This document shows, one piece after another, positions 6,558 through 15,014 of a stretch of 17,183 nucleotides of DNA. The position numbers and the translations under genes are program-made. The DNA comes from Armatimonadota bacterium. Lineage in GTDB: Bacteria > Armatimonadota > Armatimonadia > Armatimonadales > Capsulimonadaceae. The notes below the pieces were generated by a model, which saw only the letters and a list, made by a program, of their open reading frames with translations, had not been told where the DNA came from and did not search any database. The DNA lies in contig CAZZVX010000038.1 in assembly GCA_964657535.1 (NCBI GenBank), forward strand, positions 2,003 through 19,185, written 5' to 3'. How positions within the stretch are numbered: position 1 is the first letter of the stretch; each line of letters begins with the position of its first letter.

Positions 6558-7600
6558 ATGGAGGCGGCATGACGCACGACTGGCTGAACACCGCCTGGTT
6601 CGTTGTCCTCGGCGCGTTGCTGATCGGCTATGCCATCCTGGACGGCTTCGATCTGGGAATCGGGACGCTGCACTTTGTTCTGGGCCGGAGCGGCGCGGAG
6701 CGGCGCACGAGCCTGGATGTCATCGGCCCCTTCTGGTTCGGCTATGAGGTCTGGCTCCTGGTGGCGGGCGGCTCGATGGTCGCGGCGTTCCCCCGCCTGT
6801 ACGCGGCGAGTTTCAGCGGCTTCTACCTGGTGCTGATGGTCGTCCTGTGGCTGCTCATCGGGCGGGGAACGGCCATCGAGTTCCGCTCCCAGGTCGCCGA
6901 CCCGCTGTGGCGCGGCTTCTGGGACTTCGCCTTCTGCGCCAGCAGCTTTCTTCTGGCCGTGCTGTTCGGCGCGGCGGTCGGAAACGTGGTTCGGGGCGTG
7001 CCGCTGGACGCTTCGGGGAATTTCCAGGGATCATTCACACTCGCCCTGAACCCATTCGCCATCCTCGTCGGCCTCCTCAGCGCCGCGCTGCTGGCGATGC
7101 ATGGGGCGAACTATCTCGCCTTCAAGACGGAGGGCGCCCAGCAGGGGCAGGCGCGGCTGTGGGCGCGGCGACTCGGACCGGTGGTCGCCGTCCTCGCCAT
7201 CCTCGCGACGGTGTCCGCGTTCTTCGTCCGGGGCGGCCTCGGGGCGAACTTCGCCCGCCACCCGTTCCTGCTCGGCCTGCCCCTGCTGGCCGTGGTCGCT
7301 TTCGTCGTAATGTCCCTGTCCCAGCGCCGGGCCGAGGACGGCCGGGCCGTCGGCGCGGGGGCCGTCTTCCTGGCCGCACTGATGGGGTCGGCAGGGGCTG
7401 GCCTGTATCCGTTACTGCTGCCGACACTTGGGCAGTCGGGGCAGGGACTGTCGGCCTTCAACTCCTCCGCGCCCCGTCACACACTGGAAACGGCCCTCGT
7501 CGTCAATGTGGTGATGATGGGCATCGTGATCGCCTACAACCTTTACATCCATCGCGTCTTCCGTGGCGCCGTGCGCGGGCTGGGCGAACACGGACACTGA
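6554..7600 (+). CDS. cydB: Cytochrome bd ubiquinol oxidase subunit II.
   Basis: The translation [39 protein letters not shown] shows the CydB N-terminal signature. A GGAGG precedes an alternative in-frame ATG at 6569. The track ORF 6113..7600 is an upstream out-of-context extension that overlaps cydA. Confidence 0.9.
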   Translation: [348 protein letters not shown]

Positions 7601-7604
7601 ATAG

Positions 7605-7633
7605 CCCTCGCGGCAATAGAGGCCCGCCGAGGG
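7605..7633 (+). terminator. GC-rich imperfect hairpin directly after the cydB stop. Possible U-tract-less intrinsic terminator.
   Basis: ccctcgcggc-aataga-ggcccgccgaggg. Followed by an A-rich rather than T-rich segment. Confidence 0.25.
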
Positions 7634-7658
7634 ATTGAGAAAGAACAAGGACACAACC

Positions 7659-8669
7659 ATGAGCATCTACTTCTTCGAGACCGACGACCATGAGCAGGAC
7701 TACCTGACCCAGCACCTGTCGGGCGAGGCGCTGTGTTTCCGGCCCGAACCGCTGACGACTGCCGCCCAGGCGCGGCTGATCGCCGACGACGCGGAGATCG
7801 TCTCTCCGTTCGTCCACTCCCGCCTGGGCGCGGACGTGTTCGACGCCCTCCCACGCCTCCAAATGATCGCGACCCGCTCCACGGGCTTCGACCACATCAA
7901 CCTGCCCTGCGCCGAGTCGCGGGGCATCCCCGTCTGCAACGTGCCGACCTACGGCGAGAATACCGTCGCCGAACACACCTTCGCGCTCATCCTGGACCTT
8001 TCCCGCAACATCCACAAAGCCTATCTGCGCACCGCGTCCGGGGACTTCTCCCTGAAGGGCCTTCAGGGCTTCGACCTCAAGGGCAAGACCCTCGGCGTGG
8101 TCGGTATCGGACGCATCGGGCGCTACGTCGTGCAGATCGCACGCGGCTTCGGGATGAACGTGCTGGCCTACGATCCCGTGAAAGACATGACGGAGGCGGA
8201 CTGGTTCGGCTACACGTACACGACCCTGGAAGACCTGCTCGCCCGCTCGGACGTCGTCACGCTCCACGCTCCATTGACCTCTGCCACACGGCACCTGATC
8301 GGGGCGCATAACCTGCCCTTGTTCAAGCGCGGGGCGCTGCTGATCAACACGGCGCGGGGGGAGATGGTGGACACTCAGGCCTTGCTGTGCGCCTTAGATG
8401 ACGGCATCCTGGGAGGCGCGGGTCTCGACGTGATCGAGGGCGAGGAAATCTTCAGCGAGGAGCAGCAGCTCTTGCTGAACCCGCAGGCCTCGGCGGAAAG
8501 TCTGAAGCAGGCCCTGCGGAATCGGTCCCTGCTGCAGCGTCCCGACCTGATCATCACGCCCCACATCGCCTTCGACAGCCGTGAGGCCGTCGAGCGCCTC
8601 CTGAACACGACCGTCGTCAACATCCAGGCGTTCCGCAGCGGCACCCCACGGAACGCCGTGCATAGCTGA
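7659..8669 (+). CDS. D-isomer-specific 2-hydroxyacid dehydrogenase (D-lactate dehydrogenase-like), NAD-binding.
   Basis: GVVGIGRIGRYV Rossmann motif. The catalytic-domain layout matches LdhA/PGDH-family enzymes (NTARGEMVD...ITPHIAF). The ATG at 7659 follows the track's TTG at 7635. Confidence 0.9.
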   Translation: MSIYFFETDDHEQDYLTQHLSGEALCFRPEPLTTAAQARLIADDAEIVSPFVHSRLGADVFDALPRLQMIATRSTGFDHINLPCAESRGIPVCNVPTYGENTVAEHTFALILDLSRNIHKAYLRTASGDFSLKGLQGFDLKGKTLGVVGIGRIGRYVVQIARGFGMNVLAYDPVKDMTEADWFGYTYTTLEDLLARSDVVTLHAPLTSATRHLIGAHNLPLFKRGALLINTARGEMVDTQALLCALDDGILGGAGLDVIEGEEIFSEEQQLLLNPQASAESLKQALRNRSLLQRPDLIITPHIAFDSREAVERLLNTTVVNIQAFRSGTPRNAVHS

Positions 8670-8749
8670 GTCGGGGGCGACACCCCGGCTGAACCGCATT
8701 GGCCGTGGGAAACGCGGCTTCGAGTGTGGATACTGGGAGGAGAGACACG

Positions 8750-8992
8750 ATGCGAACATCCGCTGACCATGACGCGCGAACAAAGTCAGACTGTTCCGCC
8801 GGGGAGGAGGCCACCCTGTTCCTCGCCGGCCGCACGGCTCCTGCCGGCACATACCGACTGGTGGAGACCGACCGGGAAGTGCGACTGGACCAGGACGGCG
8901 TCCTGCCCGCGACCTGCGACGGCCGCATCGCCGTCTATGAACGCCGCGCGCCGACCTGGTCGGAGATGCAGGACCGTGGGGAGCAAGCCTGA
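8750..8992 (+). CDS. Hypothetical small protein (80 aa).
   Basis: RBS GGGAGGAGAG 6 nt upstream of the ATG. GC3 is about 78% across the ORF. No recognisable family. Confidence 0.4.
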   Translation: MRTSADHDARTKSDCSAGEEATLFLAGRTAPAGTYRLVETDREVRLDQDGVLPATCDGRIAVYERRAPTWSEMQDRGEQA

Positions 8993-9024
8993 CGCCTGCA
9001 AGACTCAAGTGGTGGGAGCGGGCT

Positions 9025-9480
9025 GTGAGACGGGGGCATCCCGTTTCGCCCGCGATAGAGAAATGCGGCCGGAATGAAGACTGGAAAACAGAAGTGACGA
9101 CTGGAATCAGCAGGGATGGAATCAGGAACGATGGCTTCAAAAGCCACGGCGGGAGGAATGGGGGCCGGGGCGATGAGGACAGACATCCCGATCTGACGGT
9201 CTCCGTGTTCCTCCGGACCGACTTGGTGCGAAGCCTGGAAGCACACGCGGAGAAGGACAGGCCGGGGACGATCCCGGCAGCACTTGAGGAGCGGATACGG
9301 TCACTGTACCCCGGCGCGGTGGTCTCGGTGCAAGTGATCCCCCTCCTCGACAGCGAGTGGGAGGTCCAGATCGGCGAGATGGGTCGGAGCCGAATGGGTG
9401 GTGCCGACCGCGAGGTTATTGAGCGGCGCCTGCGGTCGGTGGTCGAGGAGGCCGTCACCCGGTTCCGTGGGCCAGCCTGA
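9025..9480 (+). CDS. Hypothetical protein. The start is uncertain (GTG 9025 with GGGAG upstream, or in-frame GTGs at 9094 and 9205). The conserved-looking core is the C-terminal about 90 aa.
   Basis: The C-terminal part (TVSVFLRTDLVRSLEAHAEK...VVSVQVIPLLDSEWEVQIGEMG...VVEEAVTRFRG) has high GC3. The N-terminal 60 codons are low-complexity and lower in GC, and may be non-coding. The stop lies 11 nt before the VIT gene RBS. Confidence 0.35.
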   Translation: MRRGHPVSPAIEKCGRNEDWKTEVTTGISRDGIRNDGFKSHGGRNGGRGDEDRHPDLTVSVFLRTDLVRSLEAHAEKDRPGTIPAALEERIRSLYPGAVVSVQVIPLLDSEWEVQIGEMGRSRMGGADREVIERRLRSVVEEAVTRFRGPA

Positions 9481-9491
9481 GAGGAAAACAG

Positions 9492-10190
9492 ATGCCTCAG
9501 ACCCCGCACGTTGAGAAACACTTCACGTCCACGGAAGCCGTCCGCGACATCGTGATCGGGATGTCGGACGGCCTGACCGTGCCGTTCGCCCTCGCCGCCG
9601 GACTGACCGGCGTCGTCGCCGCCTCGCACATCATCGTCACGGCGGGACTCGCCGAAGTCGCCGCCGGCTCCATCGCGATGGGCCTGGGCGGCTACCTGGC
9701 GGCGCGGGGCGACGCGGAGCATTACGCCAGCGAGCGGAAGCGGGAGCAGCGCGAGGTCCAGACCCTGCCAGACGTGGAGGCGCGCGAAGTCGCTGAGGTC
9801 TTTCAGTCCTACGGGCTGACAGCCGAAGAAAGCGCCCCGCTGGTGGCGGCCCTGCAGCAGAGGCCCGAAGCCTATGTGGACTTCATGATGCGGTTCGAGC
9901 TGGGCCTGGAAGAACCGGACCCGAAGCGCGCCCTGACCAGTGCGCTGACCATCGCCGGGGCCTACGTCACGGGCGGCCTCATCCCGCTCTGCCCGTACTT
10001 CCTGCTGCGGCAGGCGCACACCGCGCTGCTCTGGTCCGTCTTCGTGACTCTAGCGGCGTTGGTCGTGTTCGGCTTCTTCAAGGCGCGGGCCACGGGCGCT
10101 GCGCCTGTCCGGGGGGCCGTGCAGACTGTCGTGATCGGCGGCCTCGCAGCCGCTGCGGCTTTTCTGATCGCGCGGTTGTTCTCAGGTTGA
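9492..10190 (+). CDS. VIT1/CCC1-family (vacuolar iron transporter-like) Fe/Mn transporter.
   Basis: The translation shows an N-terminal cytoplasmic region, a DGLTVPFALAAGLTG helix, a central acidic linker and C-terminal TM helices, as in PF01988. The RBS GAGAGGAAAACAG is upstream. Confidence 0.85.
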   Translation: MPQTPHVEKHFTSTEAVRDIVIGMSDGLTVPFALAAGLTGVVAASHIIVTAGLAEVAAGSIAMGLGGYLAARGDAEHYASERKREQREVQTLPDVEAREVAEVFQSYGLTAEESAPLVAALQQRPEAYVDFMMRFELGLEEPDPKRALTSALTIAGAYVTGGLIPLCPYFLLRQAHTALLWSVFVTLAALVVFGFFKARATGAAPVRGAVQTVVIGGLAAAAAFLIARLFSG

Positions 10191-10293
10191 GACCGTGGGC
10201 AGCGAAGTGCGTCACGCCTCGCTGCGGGAACTGAAACAAAATGCAAACGATGAGTGCGGACGTCTTCGACAGCGATCCGCCCGGAGAGCCGAC

Positions 10294-11316
10294 ATGAAAG
10301 CAATGGTCCTACTTAAACCCGGCCCTGTGGAGAATACCCCCCTGCGGCTCCTGGAACTGCCCAGGCCCGATCCGGGACCGGGCGAGGTTCTGATCCGGGT
10401 CGAGGTCTGCGGCGTCTGCCGGACCGATCTGCACGTCGTCGAGGGCGAACTGACCCCGCACTTGCAGCCGATCATCCCCGGACATGAGATCGTCGGGCGC
10501 GTCGCGGAACGTGGCCCGGATGCGCAGCGCTTCGCCGAGGGCGACCGGGTCGGCGTCGCCTGGCTGGGCGGCACGGACGGCGCCTGTCCCTACTGCCTGC
10601 GCGGCGACGAGAACCTCTGCGACGCCCCCGCGTTCACGGGCTATGACCGCAACGGCGGCTATGCTGAATACGCGGTCGCCCGCGAAGACTTTGTCTACCC
10701 GCTGCCGGGGGAAGTCTCTTCCCGCGAGGCCGCCCCGTTCCTGTGCGCCGGCATCATCGGCTACCGGGCGCTGCAGCGGGCGGAACTTCCGGCGGGGGAA
10801 CCATTGGGTCTGTACGGCTTCGGCGCGTCCGCTCACATCCTGATCCAAATCGCCCGCCATCAGGGCAGCGATGTCTATGTCTGCACGCGCGAACCGCGCC
10901 ACCAGGCGCTCGCCCGCGAACTCGGCGCGGCTTGGGCCGGCGGGGCCGACGAGATGCCGCCGATCAAACTGCGGAGCAGCATCCTCTTCGCGCCCGCCGG
11001 CCCGCTCGTCCTGCCCGCCCTGGCTGCCCTGGATAAAGGCGGGACGCTGTCCCTGGCCGGTATCTACATGACGCCGATTCCCGAAATGGATTACCACAAA
11101 TATCTGTTCCGAGAACACAGCCTCCGCAGCGTCACAGCCAACACGCGCCGGGACGGACACGCCTTGCTCCAACTCGCCGCCGAGATCCCTTTGCACGCAC
11201 AGACGACGGAGTTTCCTCTCGGACAGGCCAACGAGGCCCTCCAGGCCCTCAAGCACGACGAGATCAGCGGCGCGGCCGTCCTCCGCGTCTTTACCCCAGT
11301 CGAGAGCGATCCATGA
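10294..11316 (+). CDS. Zinc-dependent alcohol dehydrogenase (MDR superfamily).
   Basis: CGVCRTDLHVVEGE and GHEIVGRV catalytic-Zn motifs. A structural-Zn Cys cluster C-x2-C-x...C. A GxGxxA cofactor loop LYGFGASAH. The RBS GGAGAG is 5 nt upstream. The stop overlaps the next ATG (ATGA). Confidence 0.9.
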   Translation: MKAMVLLKPGPVENTPLRLLELPRPDPGPGEVLIRVEVCGVCRTDLHVVEGELTPHLQPIIPGHEIVGRVAERGPDAQRFAEGDRVGVAWLGGTDGACPYCLRGDENLCDAPAFTGYDRNGGYAEYAVAREDFVYPLPGEVSSREAAPFLCAGIIGYRALQRAELPAGEPLGLYGFGASAHILIQIARHQGSDVYVCTREPRHQALARELGAAWAGGADEMPPIKLRSSILFAPAGPLVLPALAALDKGGTLSLAGIYMTPIPEMDYHKYLFREHSLRSVTANTRRDGHALLQLAAEIPLHAQTTEFPLGQANEALQALKHDEISGAAVLRVFTPVESDP

Positions 11317-12461
11317 CTTTGTCCACGACACGACCAACATCGCCCACTCCCCGAAACCTCAGCCGCCGCCGGTTCCTCGCGGCTGCCGCCGCCGTGGGAA
11401 CGACTGCCGCGCTCGGCGACGCCCTGGTGACGTATGCGCCCTGGCTGGACTATAACGCGCAGGTGCGGCGGACCTGGGACACCCCGTTCCAAACGAAGGC
11501 GACCGTGACTACACAAATGCGGGAACTCGTCCGTTATGCGACACTCGCCCCCAGCGGGCATAACACGCAGCCCTGGAAATTTATGATCCTTGAGGGAGCG
11601 GTCCGCATCCTTCCCGACTACTCCCGGCATCTGCCGGTGATCGACCCGCTGGGCCGTGAACTCTGGATCAGCCTGGGGTGCGCCCTGGAAAACATGGAGA
11701 TTGCGGCGCAGAACGCGGGGTACGGAACAGAGATCACCTACCCGACTCAGGACGCGGACTTTCTCACTCTCCACCTGCGAACGATGCCTGTCCGCAGCCC
11801 CGCCCCTCTTGCGGACGCGATTCCCCACCGACAAAGCACTCGCTCCCCGTATGACGGACACGCGGTCCCACTCGCGGAGATGCGAAAGATCGAGAACACG
11901 GTACCTGTGCCGGGCGTCTCGCTACAGATTCTGACGGCCTCCGACCAGAAAGAGGCCGTCATTGAGTACATCAAATCAGCCGATCAACGCCAGTACGGCA
12001 ATCAAGCCTTCGTGAACGAGTTGGTCTCCTGGCTTCGCTTCAACAAACCGGAAGCGCTGCATAGTCTGGATGGCTTGTATACGCACTGTTCCGGCAACCC
12101 GGAAATCCCGCGCTGGCTGGGAGAGAGATTTATCACAACCGCCAGCGCCGGGCGGCAAAGTGCGACAGATGAGACGAACGTCCGCAGCTCGTCCGGCCTC
12201 ATCGTGATCGCCGCCGCGCAGGACGACAAACGCCATTGGATCGAGACCGGGCGGCTGTACGAACGTCTTGCTCTTACCATAACATCCCTCGGCATCAAGA
12301 CGGCGTTCATCAACCAGCCGTTGGAGGTCCCCGCCCTGCGCTCCCAGTTCCAGGGATACCTGAACCTCGGCACGGCGCAACCGCAGCTGCTTCTGCGATT
12401 CGGATACGCGGCCCCGATGCCGCGCTCCCTGCGGCGTCCCGTCGAGCAGGTCCTTGCCTGA
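11313..12461 (+). CDS. Tat-signal nitroreductase-family protein (Acg/Rv2032-like putative nitroreductase).
   Basis: Twin-arginine motif SRRRFLAAAAAVGTTAALG at the N-terminus. Nitroreductase-like blocks (ATLAPSGHNTQPW, LGCALENM). Translationally coupled to the alcohol dehydrogenase. Confidence 0.85.
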   Translation: MTLSTTRPTSPTPRNLSRRRFLAAAAAVGTTAALGDALVTYAPWLDYNAQVRRTWDTPFQTKATVTTQMRELVRYATLAPSGHNTQPWKFMILEGAVRILPDYSRHLPVIDPLGRELWISLGCALENMEIAAQNAGYGTEITYPTQDADFLTLHLRTMPVRSPAPLADAIPHRQSTRSPYDGHAVPLAEMRKIENTVPVPGVSLQILTASDQKEAVIEYIKSADQRQYGNQAFVNELVSWLRFNKPEALHSLDGLYTHCSGNPEIPRWLGERFITTASAGRQSATDETNVRSSSGLIVIAAAQDDKRHWIETGRLYERLALTITSLGIKTAFINQPLEVPALRSQFQGYLNLGTAQPQLLLRFGYAAPMPRSLRRPVEQVLA

Positions 12462-12482
12462 TCCCGGCGTGATGACCAGGAC

Positions 12483-12507
12483 GCCGCCGCAAGGCAGTCG
12501 GTTTTTT
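12483..12507 (+). terminator. Weak hairpin followed by a T6 tract, 20 nt after the nitroreductase stop. Candidate intrinsic terminator of the adh-nitroreductase operon.
   Basis: gacgcc-gccgcaa-ggcagtc (stem with 1-nt bulge), then gg-tttttt (12502-12507). Confidence 0.35.
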
Positions 12508-12519
12508 CCTAGCCGAAAG

Positions 12520-12625
12520 TTGAGGAAGCAGCCTGATCTGAAGGACAGCCTACAGGCTGTTCATTTGTCTTGCTGAAATCCGAACCCCAGACGGGCGACG
12601 GAACTGCCGCCACCCCCCATACTTG
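12520..12625 (+). promoter_or_regulatory. Copy B of the conserved module, upstream of the BON-domain gene. It contains TTGAGGA, the palindrome GGACAGCC-TACA-GGCTGTTC (12543-12562) + ATTTGTCTTG, the identical 20-mer CCGAACCCCAGACGGGCGAC (12580-12599), and CCATACT (12617-12623).
   Basis: See copy A. It lies about 110-190 bp upstream of ATG 12737. It is preceded by a separate weak hairpin + T6 tract (12483-12507) that probably terminates the adh-nitroreductase operon. Confidence 0.55.
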
Positions 12626-12736
12626 GAACGGTGGATCACCCTCCATCAATGGATTCCATTAGACATGGGCCGCGGGAACGCAGGCACCGCAACGCAGGGT
12701 CCTTTCAACTTAAGCCTGCCAAAGAGGTTAATGACT

Positions 12737-13390
12737 ATGACGAGTGATTCTCAACTACAGAGTGATGTTCTGGCGGAGCTGCAGTGGCAGCCCAGCGTGA
12801 ACGCGGCACACATCGGAGTCGCCGCGAAAGAAAACGTCGTGACTCTCACGGGCCAAGTCGCCCACTACGCGGAAAAGTCAGCGGCGGAAGAGGCGGCCAT
12901 AGGCGTCTACGGTGTCAAGGCCGTCGCCAACGACATCCAGGTCGAACTGTTTGGCATAGGTCGTCGTACCGATCAGGACATCGCGCAGGCGGCACTCAGC
13001 GCCCTGGACTGGGACTTCGAGGTGCCGACGGACAAGGTCAAAGTCGTCGTGAAGGACGGCCACGTCATCCTGGAAGGCAATGTGGACTGGCAATACCAGA
13101 AAGACGCTGCCAAGCGCTGCGTCCAGTACCTGATGGGCGTCACGGCGGTGAGCAACCTGATCGCCATTGAGCCAAAGGTGAAGTGGGCTGACGTCCAGGC
13201 TGAGATCGAAGGCGCGTTCCGCCGCAGCGCGGACCTGGACGCCAGGCGGATCGGGGTCGACACCTATGCCGGCACGGTGACGCTGAGCGGGACGGTCTCT
13301 TCCTGGGCTGAGCGGGACGAAGCCGTGACGGCCGCCTGGGGCGCACCGGGCGTGACCTCCGTCAATGACCAGCTCGCAGTCGCTTATTAA
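12737..13390 (+). CDS. BON-domain protein (OsmY-like, two BON repeats).
   Basis: Repeated BON pattern (VTLTGQVAHYAEKSAAEEAA..VKAVANDIQV and VILEGNVDWQYQKDAAKRCVQYLMGVTAVSNLI..., then VTLSGTVSSWAERDEAVTAAWGAPGVTSVNDQL). The RBS AAAGAGG is 9 nt upstream of ATG 12737. An ATG at 12731 is an alternative. Confidence 0.8.
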   Translation: MTSDSQLQSDVLAELQWQPSVNAAHIGVAAKENVVTLTGQVAHYAEKSAAEEAAIGVYGVKAVANDIQVELFGIGRRTDQDIAQAALSALDWDFEVPTDKVKVVVKDGHVILEGNVDWQYQKDAAKRCVQYLMGVTAVSNLIAIEPKVKWADVQAEIEGAFRRSADLDARRIGVDTYAGTVTLSGTVSSWAERDEAVTAAWGAPGVTSVNDQLAVAY

Positions 13391-13399
13391 CGCAGTCCT

Positions 13400-13440
13400 G
13401 TTTCCAGAGACGCTCACGATAAGGGGGCGTCCCTGGAAAC
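13400..13440 (+). terminator. Long inverted repeat (14-bp arms, 1 mismatch, 13-nt loop) immediately after the BON gene stop. Candidate intrinsic terminator or operator upstream of the second usp.
   Basis: gtttccagagacgc-tcacgataagggg-gcgtccctggaaac. Followed by ttgcccc, so the U-tract is weak. Confidence 0.35.
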
Positions 13441-13511
13441 TTGCCCCGGTTTCGGCCCGATGCCGGCGGCTAACTCAGAGCGTGGGGCGAGCGACAGGAA
13501 GAGAAAGACAT

Positions 13512-13940
13512 ATGTTCTCCAACATCTTATTGGCCGCGGACGGATCGGCGTGCGCGCTCCGGGCCGCCTCCGTGGCCGCGGGCTTGGTGAACCGGTTCGC
13601 GGCGCGGCTGACTCTCATCAACGTCTTTGAGCCGTTTCCGAGCATCGAGCCTTACGGGGACACCGTCGAAGCCGGCCTGGACCATCAGCGCGTCGCGGCT
13701 TTGCAAGAAAGCGCGATTTCTGACACGGGCCGCGTTGTGACTGAGAGGGACGTCTCCTATGAGAGCCGCCGCGAAGTCGGCCATCCCGCTGTTGAGATCG
13801 TCCGCGCGGCCGAGGAACGAGGCTGTGACCTGATCGTCATCGGCGGGCGGGGCCAGAGCGCCGTCCCGTCGTTCCTGCTCGGCAGCGTCTGCGACCGCGT
13901 GGCCCACCACGCCCGCTGCCCCGTGCTGATCGTCAAGTGA
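13512..13940 (+). CDS. Universal stress protein (single UspA domain), paralogue of the domains of the tandem Usp at 3750.
   Basis: MFSNILLAADGSACALRAA...ARLTLINVFEP...CDLIVIGGRGQS...LLGSVCDRVAHHARCPVLIVK. It shares the 3' flank tccgcctga with the 3750 gene. Confidence 0.9.
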   Translation: MFSNILLAADGSACALRAASVAAGLVNRFAARLTLINVFEPFPSIEPYGDTVEAGLDHQRVAALQESAISDTGRVVTERDVSYESRREVGHPAVEIVRAAEERGCDLIVIGGRGQSAVPSFLLGSVCDRVAHHARCPVLIVK

Positions 13941-14007
13941 TCCGCCTGATCATGACATGAGCGAAAGTCTGGCTCTTCGCACAGGTGCATCGCAGAAGGG
14001 AGTTCCA

Positions 14008-14985
14008 ATGAAATCGACGAGTTCTTTATCGGTACTGGTATTTATTGTCATCCTGGGCGCCGGCCTCGGAATATCCTTCGCCATGCGCGGCGCTTCACTG
14101 CACTGGCCGAGCATCGCAGCCGGCGTGCTGGCGTTCATCCTGGCGACGGTCGTGTCTTCGGCAGTTCAAGTTGCCAATCAGTGGGACAAGGCGGTGGTCC
14201 TGCGCATGGGGCGTTTCCAGGCGCTGCGCGGTCCGGGCCTGTTCTTCATCGTCCCGGTTGTGGACGCAATTGCTTACTGGATCGACACGCGGGTGATCAC
14301 GATGTCGTTCAAGGCAGAGAAGACGCTCACCAAGGATACGGTGCCGGTGGACGTGGACGCCGTCCTGTTCTGGAAGGTCCTGGACCCGCAAAAGGCGGCC
14401 CTGGACGTGGCGGACTACCAGGCGGCTGTCGGCTGGGCGTGCCAGACGGCCCTGCGCGACGTTATCGGCAAGACGATGCTCGCGGATATGCTGGAGGGCC
14501 GGGACCAGATCAGCGCGCAGTTGCAGAAGATTATCGATGTGCGCACGGAACCCTGGGGCATCACGGTCATCTCCGTGGAAGTCAAGGACGTCCTGATCCC
14601 GCCTTCGCTGGAGAGTGCGATGTCTATGCAGGCTCAGGCGGAGAGGGAGCGGCAGGCGCGTGTGATCCTGGGCGACTCGGAGCGTCAGGTGGCAGAGAAG
14701 TTTGGGGAGGCGTCTAAGACCTATGCCAACAACCCAGTGGCCTTCCACCTGCGGGCGATGAATATGCTCTACGAAGGCTTGAAGCAAAACTCAACCATCG
14801 TGATCGTCCCAAGCACGGCGGTGGAGTCCATGCAGCTCGGCGGTCTGGCCGGCCTCACCGCGCTGACGATGGGGATCGGGCAGGAAAGCGCGAAACGCGA
14901 GCCGATCCTGCCGCTGTCTGGTGCGGAAGCCCCCACGCCGACGGGGAACGGATTGACTTCAACAAACGGCGTTGGTTCAACATAA
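14008..14985 (+). CDS. SPFH/band-7 (stomatin/prohibitin-like) membrane protein.
   Basis: N-terminal TM segments. PHB-domain core (WDKAVVLRMGRFQALRGPGLFFIVPVVDAIAYWIDTRVITMSF...DVDAVLFWKVLDP). A C-terminal coiled-coil-like region (AQAERERQARVILGDSERQVAEKFGEA). The RBS GGGAG is upstream of ATG 14008. Confidence 0.88.
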   Translation: MKSTSSLSVLVFIVILGAGLGISFAMRGASLHWPSIAAGVLAFILATVVSSAVQVANQWDKAVVLRMGRFQALRGPGLFFIVPVVDAIAYWIDTRVITMSFKAEKTLTKDTVPVDVDAVLFWKVLDPQKAALDVADYQAAVGWACQTALRDVIGKTMLADMLEGRDQISAQLQKIIDVRTEPWGITVISVEVKDVLIPPSLESAMSMQAQAERERQARVILGDSERQVAEKFGEASKTYANNPVAFHLRAMNMLYEGLKQNSTIVIVPSTAVESMQLGGLAGLTALTMGIGQESAKREPILPLSGAEAPTPTGNGLTSTNGVGST

Positions 14986-15014
14986 ATCATAAAGACGCAC
15001 GAGGAGTATAACAA

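Noticed and set aside
7503-8309. 268-aa minus-strand ORF and the overlapping + ORF 7733..8311
   Set aside because: Both overlap the D-2-hydroxyacid dehydrogenase, which has a clear Rossmann motif in its own frame. These are alternative-frame artefacts.
9173-9175. ATG at 9173 as start of the small ORF
   Set aside because: It is out of frame with the conserved C-terminal reading frame (frame of 9025/9094/9205). In its own frame it hits TGA within 8 codons.
8394-10019. 541-aa minus-strand ORF
   Set aside because: It is antisense to the 2-hydroxyacid dehydrogenase 3' end, the small ORFs and the VIT gene. It has a low-complexity R/S/P-rich translation and no domain-like blocks.
10309-11340. 343-aa minus-strand ORF
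   Set aside because: It is the antisense shadow of the Zn-dependent alcohol dehydrogenase, whose + strand catalytic-Zn and NAD motifs are unambiguous.
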